A stretch of DNA of 64,000 nt from Chiloscyllium plagiosum. Taxonomy: Eukaryota. The notes under the pieces were generated by a model. That model saw only the letters and a list, made by a program, of their open reading frames with translations. It made no database searches and had not been told where the DNA came from. Positions 38,644 through 51,349 of this stretch are shown piece after piece (position 1 is the first letter of the stretch; every line of letters begins with the position of its first letter). The translations under genes were made by a program, and so were the position numbers. Location: the NCBI RefSeq assembly GCF_004010195.1, contig NC_057711.1, forward strand, positions 79,456,866 through 79,520,865. The letters run 5' to 3'.

Positions 38644-41304
38644 GTGTGTATACCCATTTTATTACTCTCCTTACCACTGCTGGAGCCAGTTTAACAATTA
38701 AAATGAGGGAGATCACATGCAAAGGGATCCATTACCTTTAATTTTAATTTTAACTTAAAGATACAGGCATAAATTATTGCTCAATTCAATCTAGCTATTA
38801 TTGTTGAATTTTGTGTGTTATAAATTCAAGTCCTAACTTATGTTAGGAAGGGAAAAATAAAAATTAATGAATGTTTAGGTGTGCAATTATACATTTTAAA
38901 AAAAATTGGCTGTCATTCACATGAGAGTTAAAATGTTGTGAAATCTTCTGTGCTGCATAAACATCCTAATGTTCTCCCAGTGATTGAGTCAGAGGGCTCT
39001 GGGCAGTTTAGTTTTTCCAAAAAAGCCAAACAAAAATTGAAATTCTGATAATCAGCTGAACTTTTTATAAAATGGAAGTGAAAAGTATTAAGTTTTATCT
39101 GTTGCTACTGCTGGTATGATATGTGCAAGTCTGGTGAGATTTTAATCATTGCCATATCATTAGACATGCAGAGATGATCTGTTATTAGCTTTTTGTACTG
39201 CTTTTAATGTTAATTGTTTGAGAGATATCTTGAACTATTTCATGTCAGACCCACTTAATTTCTTCAGTTTATAATATTGATCCATCTATCGGTGCAGATT
39301 GCATACAATAATCATATTCCTCCAGTAAAATGTGTAACCAACTCGCCACCATTGCTTCCAACAGTTCTAAATAACCTATTTTCAACCAATCATTGAAAGA
39401 AATGTTAATGACATATCATTTTTCACTTTTCAAAGTTAGTGCCTAGTCATTATATTAGTCTTGCAAAACTCTTATGCTGCAATAAGGTTTATCAATCCCT
39501 TGAGAAATTGAAATGTGAAGGGATAATAATGATTTCTTAAGGTGATTAATGAGGATGTGCGAGAATCTTGTGTACCTTCTGAAAAGACTCCTAAAATAAC
39601 CAAGAAATAAAAAAAAAGCATGACATAATGGCGCAGGGAGTATAAATGGTCACCATCCAGCGAAAGGCTATTGCTGTTGTGTTTTACTGTTGCAGTGAGG
39701 TAAAGCTCAGAAATGGAACCTTAATTTACACAATATGACATTTGGCCAAGTATTCAGTTTCGAGCAATTGCTTCACAACCTTTTTGTGATTTCGTAATGT
39801 AACTGATTTTAGCCTAAACTCCTGATTTCCAACGGAAAATTAGCAGATTGGCAGAACCTTTAGGAAATGGTTGACATTTCACCTGGTATTCAACTGGTCC
39901 ACTGGTGTTCAACCTTATTGTCCAAAATTGGAGAGTCTTTATTTATTTGGTGCTTTGAGTTGTAGCAATTTCCTTTTTAAATTAGGTTCATCCTTTGCCC
40001 CTACAGAAATCTTATTGAGTACTAATCTTTAAAAAATACATGTTTTATAAGGAAATATCAATTATTTAAACTAAATTATTGATAAAAATATTTAAAATGG
40101 AATAAATAGACTAAGTATTTCATTTTCCCACTGAAGCATAACTTTGCTCAAACATGCAATGAATGAGGCAAACTATTTTTCTTTTTCATTTTCAACCTCT
40201 CCTAAAATCCATTAATTAATGTAGCTGTAACTACAACACAACTAGACAATGAAGCTTCCATCTTTTAATCCACACGTTTGATGTTCTTCGCAATGAAGCC
40301 AGTTATACAAAAGTGCTAATAAAACTGTCTATGCTAAAATAACATATAAAAAATTATTTTATCTCTATGGTAATCTCCTTCTCATGTAACTGTGCAGCTG
40401 GTTCTAGCAATTATGTTTTATAAAATTTTATTTGGATTAACTTGCTATGTAGCAATTTTTCTCTCGTGTTGTCTGTGAAGATTTCTGTTTTTTTTTTCAA
40501 TGTATCAAATACAGTTTGAAATGGTAATTATTCCATTTGGTTTGATTAAAATTCAAATCACTGAGTGAAGATGTAGATAAGGGTCACTGAATAATCAATC
40601 TGAAGTGTAGGTAGTACTTCAGTTTTTTGGCTTTGTAAAATAGGAAATTGGAGCCCTCTGATTGGAACTGATAGTGGCTTTAGATGTGACTTGATTGCTA
40701 GTTGTTTTTTAATGGGCTACTTTAAGAGCTATTTGGAGCTTGGACAACTACATGGAAGATATTGGCAGTTAATTAGATGAAATAAAATAGAAGAGTGACC
40801 TTCATTTCCTGCTAAAGGCCTTTCACAAAGTGGGATGAAACTAAGTCAGTCATGAAAAATTGTGAATTATGTTTATTCTGAGTCTTTCATGCTTCAGTTC
40901 TCAGAATTGGGGTTGAATACACTGTGCAGTTATGTTTATGATCCCTTCAAAATCGTGCAATTTATGTATCAGACATTATTAAAAGTCATTATTATGGACT
41001 CATGCACGCAAAATCAAAATCTGATGGTTGCAGGAAAACAAAGTAAGGCTTTATAATATACTTCCAAAACTTATATTGAAGAGGGAACTTTTAAAGCTAA
41101 GCAAAAGTCTAGCTGCTGGTAATTTTAGATATTGAGTGGATATTTCCAGTCAGAAGGTCATGACTATAGAATCATAATATTGCCTGTGACTTGAATTTGC
41201 TGACAATCAGGTAAGTTTTTACTTTTAGCTGATTCATGTCTAGACTAGATGAATGCTGAATAATGATTAACATCGGTTTGGAAGACAAACTTTACTTTGA
41301 CCTG

Positions 41305-41520
41305 AAACAAATACAAAATGCTGTAGAAACTCAGGTCTAACAGGATCTGTGAAGACAGAAACCAAGGTATTGCTTTGAATCTGGTGTGACATGTATGAAA
41401 GAAGGGCAAGAAACATGAACTCAGTGTCTCTCTTCACAAATGCTGTAAGACCTGATGAATTTCTCCAATATTTTCTGTGTTGTTTCAGATTTACAGCATC
41501 AGCAGTATCTTGCTTTTATT
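41305..41520. mobile_element. Short palindromic Penelope-tail derivative (decayed)
   Basis: aatgctgtagaaactcaggtctaacaggatctgtgaag ... cttcacaaatgctgtaagacctgatgaatttctccaatatt are inverted arms. Confidence 0.55.
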
Positions 41521-42971
41521 TAAGTTTGATCTATTTATAATTTACATTGTGTTTTTATTGATGTATTATGGAAGTACCATACTTACTTAGAGATACCCGA
41601 TTGTTTGGAAGTTACTTCCTATTTAGAGAAATATGAATCATACATTAGCTATGGGAAAAACCAGCTGAGATTTTCTATTGTATTGCCTAACTCTCAAGGC
41701 ATGACTCTGTCTCGACTAATGAGAAAGCTCGCTGGAGTGAGCTCCAGTCAGCTTCTTGGCACAGTTTTTGGTAAATCACATATGTGAACCGTCACACCTC
41801 ACTAGAAGCTGCCAGCCAATCGGAGATTGACAGGTTCTTGATTTTAGACATTATCGCTGGAGGCTTGATCTTCATGGGATTCAATGGTGAGAAGGTAAGT
41901 CTTTTTCTTTCGTGTCTCTTAGGGTAGGGATTACTGGGAGAGGCCAGGGGCTCAGTGAGTGCTAGAGGCATGGGTCACAATGGACCTCTTTGCCCAGCAT
42001 TTCATTGCTGATGTAGGACGAGGGCGAGACAACTGGTGGTGGTTTAAGTTTTGTGTGACTATGCATCAAGCGAGGGGCGCGGTTGAGAAGGCAGGACCTT
42101 CATGGTGATCTCAGCCAGTGCAGGGATTGAACCCGCACTGTGCACTTTTGGCATTACTCTGATGTAGCGAGTATCTATCTAGGACTAACTCTTCAATTAT
42201 TTGCTCATCCTACCACCTTTCTTTTTACCTCCAGTGAGGGGAAGATTGTGCTTATAGTTTCAATGAGCAGTCACTGAAATTTGATCATTTCTACAGCAAT
42301 GGATCTATCTCACCTGTCCATTCTATAGTGTACTATACAAGTGGAACTGGAACAAATCTCTCCGATATTAGAATGCAAAGAAAAAAGAAACAGTAATTTG
42401 GCTTCTAGAGAAAAATGCAGGAGTTATGGAGATACTTTGGCGAGGAAATGCTTATTATGTAATGGGATGAACACAGGAAACAAGTTACCCCTATTGTAAA
42501 ACCCTGGGCCCTAGTTCTGAACTCATCCACAACAGGAAACGCCATTTCCATTTTAGCCTTGTCAAGATCATTTAGAATCTTATAAACATTATCAGATTAC
42601 CTCTTGCTCTTCTAAACTCCAATGAAAATCAGTCCAGCCTGTACAAGCTTTCTTCATTTCAGGTATCAATCTAATAAATCTCCTCAATCCATTGCTAACA
42701 TATTTATATCCTCCTTTCATAAGGAAGGCAAGACTGCACATATTTTTCAAAATGTGGTCTCACCAATGCCTTAACAACCTTTTGCGTTCAATACCTCTCT
42801 CACTCCATAAGTCACCTTAGTTACATTCTGTACCTACATATTAATATTTTAAACTAGAACATCTAGATGCCTCTGCATCTCAAAATTCTTCACTTGTTCT
42901 CTGTTTCTGTTTTTTTCCTTCCTGCTGAAGTAAACAATATCATTTTTTCCCATGTTCTCTACTATCTAGAG

Positions 42972-43195
42972 GAAAGTTACTCTACTCCCAGAGTACCATT
43001 GGGCTGCTTACTCATTTGAGGGCGAGACAACTGGTGGTGGTTTAAGTTTTGTGTGACTATGCATCAAGGGGTGCGGTTGAGAAGGCAGGACCTTCATGGT
43101 GATCTCAGCCAGTGCAGTGATTGAACCCGCACTGTGCACTTTTGGCATTACTCTGCAATCCAAATCAGCTCTCTAGCAAACTGGAAAATCCAATC
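42972..43195 (-). mobile_element. Short tRNA-derived SINE (donor of the copy at 42020-42161)
   Basis: Homologous to 33408-33628. B box gggttcaatc on the minus strand. Confidence 0.65.
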
Positions 43196-44288
43196 TCCAG
43201 GTACACTGCTGACCATGCAATTAACCAATCTATATCTGTTTGCAACCTTATGATGTTCTCTTGACAACATACGTTCCTATTTACTTTGTGTCCTCTGCAA
43301 AGTTAGTAACTATATCTTCATTTCCCCTCATTTAAGTCATTGATATAAAGTGTTAAAGGTTGAGAGCCCAGGAAGGACACTTGCAGACCACCATTCACTA
43401 CATTCTGCCAATCAGAAAAAGACCCATTTATCATGACTCTATTTTCTGGAACTATGAGATAAAGAAGCAGAATTACGCTATTCAGCTCATTTGAGTCTGC
43501 TCCACCATTCAATCATGGCTGATATGTTTCTCAACCCCACTCTCCTGCCTTCTCCCTGCAACCCGAGATCTTCTTACCAATCATGAACCTATCTATCTCT
43601 GTCTTAAATGTATTCACTGACTTGACTGCCACAGCACGCTGTGACAATGAGTTCTGCAGATTAATCACTGAAGCAATTCCTTCTCCTCCTCAGTTCTGAA
43701 AGGTTATCTCTTCACTCTGAAGTTGTGCCCTTGGGTCCTAGTCTCTCCTACTAGTGGAAACATCTTCTCATGTCCACTCTATCCAAGCCTTTCAGTATTC
43801 AATCAGATCCACCATCATCCTTCTAACCTCTATTGAGTACAGATCCACAGTCCTCAACTGCTCCTTGAATGACAATCCCATAATCTCTGGGACCATTCTT
43901 GAAAACCTCCTCTGGACACTTTTTTCAAGGCCAGCATGTCCGTCCTTAGGTATGGGGCCCAGAACTGCTCACAATGTTTTAAATGTTCTCATCAGTACAT
44001 CCCTGTTCTTGTATTCTAGCCCTTTCAAAATACATGCTAACATTGCATTTACTTTCCTAATTGCTAACTGAATCTGTATGTTCACCTTCAGAGAATCCTG
44101 AACTAGAATTCCTCAGTTCTTTTGTGCTTCGGATTTCTGAAGCCTTCCTCCATTTAGAAAATTGTCTACTCTATTCTTCCTACCAAAGTGCATAACCTCA
44201 CACTTTCCCACATTGTATTCTATCTGTCACTTCTTTGACCACTCTCCCAGCCTGTACAATTCCTTCTGCAGCCTCCCCACTTCAACAC

Positions 44289-44640
44289 GGGTGGCATGGT
44301 GGCTCAGTGGCTAGCACTGCTGCCTCAGTGCCAGGGACCCTGATTTGATTCCAGATTCTGGCAACTGTGTGAAGTTTGTGCATTCTCCTTGTCTGCCTGG
44401 GTTTCCTCCAGGTGCTCTAGTTTCCTCCCACAACCAAAGCTGTGCAGGTGAGGTGAATTGGCCATGCTAAATTGCCCATAGTGTTCAGGGGTGTGTAGAT
44501 TAGATGCATTAGTTAGAGGTAAATGTACAATAATAGGATAGGGGAATGGGTCTGGGTGGGTTACTCTTCGGAGGGTCAGTGTAGACTTGGGCGAAATGGC
44601 CTGTTTCCATACAGTTGGGATTCTACGATTCGATGACTCT
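44289..44640 (+). mobile_element. HE1-like V-SINE inserted in CR1
   Basis: gggtggcatggtggctcagtggctagcactgctgcctca head, V-domain, tail ggcctgtttccatacag..gattctacgatt. Confidence 0.85.
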
Positions 44641-46579
44641 GTGACTACTTGTCTTTCAACATATCTATGTGTCATCTGCAAACTTGGCAACAATGCCCTT
44701 AGTTCCTTCGCTAACTCTTGATTTCTCTCCACAGATGCTGCCTGACTTGTTGCGTTTTTCCAGCAATTTCTATTTTTGTTTTCTCTCAGTTCCTAATTCC
44801 AGATCATTAATGTATAACATGAATAGTTATGGTCACAACACTAACCCTCTTAGAACTCCACTAGTCATTGGTACTTTAGCCAATCTTCAATGTAGTGTAG
44901 TTTTTAACCCCTTACACCATGTGCTTCTACTTCTCACAATAAACTTTTTATGTGACACTTTTTCTCAAATATCTCTTGGAAATCCAAGTAAGGCACATCA
45001 ATGGACTTTCCCTATCGATATCAGCTGTTACTCCTTCAGAGAATTCCAATAAATTGGTGTCATGATTTCCCTTTCTGAGACCCATGCTGACACTTCCCAA
45101 TTACCAAGAGTTTTTCCAAGTCCCAACTATAACCTCGTTTATTATCAATTTTAATACCATGGCCTCAACAGACATTAAGCTAACTGGCTGGTAGTTTCTT
45201 GTTTTCTGATCCCCTCTCTCAAATGGAAGAGTTCTAATTGTTACTTTCCCATCTGATGGAATATTTGCAGAAGCAAAGACATTTTGGAAAATTAACACTG
45301 GTGCATCTGGTACTTGATTAGCAACCTCTTTTAACACCCTATGGTGAAGTCCATCAGGACTCAGGCTCGTCAGCCCACAGTTCGATCAGTTTGCTGATTA
45401 ATACTTCCCTGGTTTATTGTAATTTCACCAAGTTCCCCTCTTCCTTCATGTTCCAGATTTAGAGCCATTACTTGGATGTTTTGATTCTTATTAAGTGAAG
45501 ACAGAAGCAAAATATTCATTCATTTCATTCACCATTTCCTTATTGTTTGTTATTAGTGTAGTTCCCTATTCTCACTCTGTTTAAGATCCAACACTCACTT
45601 TACTTACACTTTCTTAGATACCTGTAGATATGCTTGTTCTCCGCTTTTGTTTCTTACCAGCTTCCTCTCCTCTTATCCTGTAATTTATTACTCATGATAG
45701 CCTTTCAATAATTTTCTGTCCTTTCTTTACATTCTGACTAGTCATTTGACGAGCTGCTCACCTTTGTGCAAGTGTTTAATTTTTCTTAAATTTGATGTTT
45801 TCCTCCATTGTTGGTGAGACTCCATTGGAAATTTGCTTTAAAATATTATATTCTGAAATATCCCTTTAAATGTCTGCCATTGCTTCTTTATTGATCTATC
45901 CCCTAGCCTCGTATTTCACTTCACTTCAGCTAGTTCAACATCCATACCCACGTATTTGTTCTTACTTAAGATTAACACACTAGTCTTCGACCCATTTTTC
46001 TACCTTTCAAACTGAATGTAAAATCCAATCAAATTGTGGTCACCACAGCCTAGAGATGCCTTTTCCTCTGAGGTAACTAATTAATCCTGTCTTATTGCAT
46101 AATGCCGAATCTGTTCTCTTGTTGTTTCCAGACCATGCTGCTTTAAGAGGTTATCTCAAAAACATTCTATGAACTCCTCATCCATGCTATGATTACCAAT
46201 CTGTTTCTTTCAGTTTATTTTTAGATTAAGATCACCCATGATTATTACCATGCCTTTATCACAAACACCCAATATTTCTCCTTGTGGTACTCGGTTCCAC
46301 ATTGTAGTTTCTGTTAGCCTATAGATCACTCCCATTAGTGATTTATTTTCCTACTATTCCTCATCTGCACACAAACCTGTTCTACGTCCTGCTCTCCTGA
46401 ACCAAGGTCATCTTGGAACCACTGTTGTGTCCAAGGCACTGGAACTAGTAACGGTATACACAACTCTCTCAACCTTGCAATGTCCTCCTTACTAAGACAG
46501 GAGGGTTTTGCAATATTTGTGAGAGTTGTCCCACAGACTAGTCACGCAATAGGTTGACTGCCATTCTCACAGAATCATA

Positions 46580-47575
46580 TGGAGGAAGGCAATGCCTTTT
46601 GCTGGATTGGTAATTCAGAGATCCCTATTTATTCTTAGCTTGAGGGTACAAATTCTGGCACTGCAGTTGCATTCAATATTATCTGGAATTAGGAGTCAAA
46701 TGATAGCCAATAAACCATTGTTACGTGTAACAAAACTCATCTGCTTCACAAATATCTTTAAGGAAGGAAAACTACCATCCTCCCTTCGTCTGGCCTAGAT
46801 TGACCCACCAAGTTATTCAGTTGTATCAACTGCAAGAAGGTCTTTAAAAAAAAAGGAACTAGATGGACAACCGGGCATCGACTCAGACACTCGAAATGGC
46901 TCTGCAAAGTCCTACCTGAGGTCTAGTGCCAAAACTGTCTCTCAAACTAGTCAGGCAACAGCCTGACATAGTCATAATCATGGAATCATAACCTGACAGA
47001 CGACATCCCTGATGCCACTGACAGTTTTCCTAAATGTATCGGCCCCATTAGCAGGGCAAACCCACCAAAGGAAGTGGCAGAGCAGGGTACAGTTTGGAGG
47101 GAGTTGCTTTGGAAGTTAACATTATCTTCGGATTCTTTGAAATCTCATTCATATCAAAAATGGGCAAGGAAAATGCTTCCTAATTACCACATACTGCACC
47201 CCTCGGCTGATAAATCAACACTCCCGTTTTGAATGACACTTGGAGAAAACACTGAGGGTGGCAAGGATGTAACATATGGGTTGGGGCATCTCAGTGACCA
47301 TTACCAAAAATAGCTTGGCAGCAATACTACTGACTGAGCTGTCAACCCCATAATGTCATAGCTCCTAGGATACGACTGAGAGGGTGGTGAGGGGGACCAG
47401 CGAAAGAGCAAAACCATACTTGACCCAGTCCTAACAAATCTGCCTGTTGCAGATACATTTGTCCATGACAGTATTGACAAGAATGTGGAGGCAGAGACCC
47501 ATCTTCAAATTGAGAATACCCTAAATTATGTTGCGTGGCACTGTCAAGATGCTAAATGGAATCAATATTAACAAA
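46580..47575 (+). mobile_element. Deu-SINE-like head joined to a LINE endonuclease region
   Basis: 46580-46800 resembles 63730-63960 and 9935-9980 (ctttaaggaaggaaaactacc..gtctggccta). It is followed by decayed APE-like coding sequence (LVRQQPDIVIIMES, ILDPVLTNLP). Confidence 0.55.
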
Positions 47576-48430
47576 TCTATCTATGCTATATTTGATCTCA
47601 GGTATGGGGTTGCATAATAGAGTCATGGTTGCAGTGTGCAACCCTTGTCTCCCTGCAGCACTCCTTATAAAACATTCAGCCTTTGAAATGGAACGGTATC
47701 TGAGAGTTCTCAACGATATAGGTATCATGACAGGTCCCAGGATACTGGCGTAGACTTCTAAGATGCGGCACCGATGACCACAGATGACTTTATATCGGCC
47801 TAATGGGACATTTTTCTACTGAACAATGCAGCTTTGTTATGGTGTGGTGCTCTCAATGTGCCTGTCACATAGGGGAAGCCAGCTACGTTGGCAAAGCCTA
47901 CTGCATGGGCTGCAGCACTGACCTCGTCATGGGGAATATGAGATGAAGCAGTGTGATCCTTCCCGAATTGCATCGGTAATGGTCTTGCTGCAATCATGGG
48001 TTGAGGATTGAGAGATCTCGCACAGGTCCCCAGTGGCTGCTTCCAAGCAGCCAGTAAGTAACATAAAGATTTAGTGCGGCTGTCATCTTGATGGCCATTT
48101 GGTCAGAATGTTACACACCCACTGAGGTAATCAGTTCTGCAGTAGCAATAGTCCTCACTCATTTAGAGGAAATGATACTGAGGACGATAACATCTGAGCT
48201 TTCTCTACCTTCTCCACATCCTGATGGGACCTTCAGCTGTAGAGTCTTCATGTGGAGGCTGTTGACTGCTACTAATGAACTTATTGACTTATTTGGTCTC
48301 CCTCCATTTCTTGTGCAGTGGCCACAGCAACAATAACCCCTGCTCTAGCTGGAAGTATTGGTCACAGTTCCTTTGGGAGAATATCAAAAGAAAGCAACAC
48401 CTTAGTAATATGAGCAGTCAGCAGCTATGT

Positions 48431-48733
48431 TTAGATTAGATTACTTACAGTGTGGAAACAGGCCTTTCGGCCCAACAAGTCCACACCGATCCGCCACCCA
48501 CATTCTCCTATATTTACCCCTTTACCTAATACTACGGGCAATTTAGCATGGCCAATTCACCTGACCTGCACATCTTTGGACTGTGGGAGGAAACCGGAGC
48601 ACCCGGAGGAAACTCACGCAGACACTGGGAGAATGTGTAAACTCCACACAGTCAGTCGTCTGAGTCCGGAATTGAACCCGGGTCTCTGGCGCTGTGAGGC
48701 AGCAGTGCTAACCACTGTGCCACCGTGCCACCC
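48431..48733 (-). mobile_element. HE1-like V-SINE, full length, young
   Basis: Near-identical to 28426-28734. Candidate TSD ctatgt at 48425-48430 and 48735-48740. Confidence 0.9.
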
Positions 48734-48801
48734 ACTATGTCACTTATGTCACGCATAAGTAGTTCAGCATCATTCTCCATACAATGGGACATGGAGGACT
48801 C

Positions 48802-48932
48802 GAGGCAAAAGTGAGGACCGCAGATGCTGGAAATCAGTCCAGATTAGAGTGGTACTGGAAAAGCACAGCCGGTCAGGCAGCATCCGAGGAGCAGGAAAAT
48901 CGACGTTTTGGGCAAAACCCTTCATCAGGACC
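48802..48932 (-). mobile_element. Short Penelope-tail insertion with mutated hammerhead and 12-bp TSD
   Basis: TSD catggaggactc at 48790-48801 and 48933-48944. Minus strand reads tcCTGATGAagggttttgcccAAAAcgtcga, so GAAA is mutated. Confidence 0.82.
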
Positions 48933-51349
48933 CATGGAGGACTCTGACCAGGAGGGTCATGGAATGTCTTGACATGGGTCTTTGATATAGTGAACTTTAT
49001 TCTGATATATAAAGGATAAGCCATGTCTTGCAAATATAGTAGGAAATTATAGGAAACATTGATGACTTAGCAGCATCCTGACCTTCAACACAACCCAAGA
49101 AAAATAGCATTTCATATAAGAGCCAGTTGTCAGGTACTTGTCATCCAAGGTGAGAAGAAATTTCCTCTGTGCACTAGTACAGCCTCCGGGGCCTATGATT
49201 GTCCTTGTGAATTCTGTCCTGTGTGGACACTTTTAACCTGAGATTTACTTCTGCCTCACAGATGAGTATAATTCATTTGTAATGTCTAATGGTCACGATT
49301 GCTTGTGGTCAGGATTTGTTTTTGATGTAGTTGGTCGTTGTATGCAGTTCGCATGCAGAAATTTGTCATTGCAGACGCCTTCAACCTGGCCTGTAAGTGC
49401 CTGGTTAGTACAATTGCCCCTTGTTGTGCTGCATCTCATTCACAATTGGTGCCTGTTCCCTCAAACAGATATCAACGCTTGCAGCTCTCACTCTGGGTAT
49501 GGTAGCAGCCAAATTTCATTTCCACTGTGCATTTGTTATTCAAATGAGGATGGAAAGTAATGGGTGGTGCTTCAGAGTCCATTGCAGATGCAGCCTCTTA
49601 ATCTAGATGCCCTTCCAGACCTACGTGTGTTGCATTTGCTGTCAACTATATCAAGTTTCAAGTTTTCAAGGAAAAGATGAATATAGTTCTTGAATGACTC
49701 AGCAGGCTGAAGGGCTGAATGACGTATTCCTGCTCCTATTTTCTATGTTTCTATATATCCATTTTCTTACACAACACTTTTTTAACATTTAAGTGCTCAT
49801 GTCCTCACTTATTTCTGAGCCACAGGCCTGTATCTTAATTATGTCAAACATTTCTTATGAAACCGGGGTTATGGTAATCATTATCCTGTAGTATCCCCTG
49901 ACTGTGGTCTACACCCCTCTTCATCTTGCAAAGACAGCCTCAACCATTGAGTGACCGGACCCTTGACTGATGTCTGTGTAGCACCCAGCTGCTTTACCAC
50001 TAGTTCCTAGACTGATTACATTGAACCTGTAAGACTGTTTATGGGCCATTCCCAGGGTGTAATGGTATGGAATCTCTGACCCCGAGTGCCCCAAACAACC
50101 AACTGACCATGTTCAAGTCGCTGGGCTGAGATAGGACAGTGCCCTCCATCACAATGCTAGACTTGACTGAACACTGCTTTCTTAGACTTTGAGATATGGC
50201 CATTTAGATGAAACATGTCCAGTGTGTTTGCTGCAAAAGCTGTTGTCACATGGTGTAGTTGTAACATTTGATGTAGCATGAAGTTGTACAGCAACGTTTC
50301 CACTCCTTGATTGATCTTTGCTCACAAACGTGACAGGCTGCCTGGCTTTGTGTCTGCACCAGAAGATAAAGCAAGTCAGACTCAGTGTGACCCTGTAAAT
50401 TCTGAATGAGTTTACAATGTACAGTAAAGGGAAGATAAGACAAGGTAGAGATGCTGTGAGCATCCAAGTAGATGCAAAGTGAGGAAGCACCAAGTAAGCA
50501 GTTTGAAGAGTCCCACGATGCATCCTGTTGTGATGTACAATAAGTGTGCCTGTCCCAAGTGTGCTAATTGGCCTGGCAGCAGCAGTGTAATGTAAGCTGT
50601 TATTGAGCAGCAAAATGCAGTCTTGAAATCATGAAATATAAATGAGTCAGGGATGTGCCATGATGATATGGTGAGGCTAGTGCTTGTCTGATGCCTACTT
50701 CTATGGATGACAATGGTAGGCAGCATCTGTCCATGCATGTTACCCTGAGAAATTGAGGAATGTTGGTGAAGATGGAAGTCTGGAGGAGCAAGCAGTAAGT
50801 TGGAGTCACCAGGTAACTGTTCTGACTTTCATTTTAGGGATTGGCACTGTCTGGGAACATAGCAGCCTGCATGTAAATAAGGTGAGTTTAGGTAATAATA
50901 AGATGTTGATGTACACAATATGCCTCCAACCACTCCCTTATGAGGTTCTTCATCTTGGTTGAAAAATTGGACTTCTTATTTTCTTGATGTTGAAAGTTTT
51001 ATTTTCTCTTTTTTGCCATATTTTTCCAACTGACTCCCCATTGTCCATCTCATTCAGGGGCTAGAAAAATCATATCCATTGTAATGCTTGATGTAAACAA
51101 ATACCTTTCTCCTGACTTAGTGTTCTTGCTTTTAATATAATATTCAAAAGATAGATAGACTTCCATTTATATCACATGTTTCACAACTTTAGATATGTAA
51201 AGTGCACTATAGCCAGTGAATTACTGCTTTAAAAAAATTAGTCCTCATTGTAATGTTGGAAATTGGGCAGTAATTTAGACAGTTTCCTCCCATAAACAGC
51301 ATTGAAGGAATGACCAGATAATGTAATTTTTTAGATGTTGGTGACCATT

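Larger units (their letters stand above)
42470..46400 (-). mobile_element. Nest of decayed CR1 LINE fragments (older copy interrupted by a younger 3' fragment at ~43455-44830)
   Basis: Minus ORFs RVMINGSFSDWQNVVNG.LQ.S.LG..LYINDL (43318-43450) and LIFQN..IPSDGKV..LPFERG..RNYQPVSLMSV (45101-45337). CR1-type 3' end near 43455. Confidence 0.75.
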
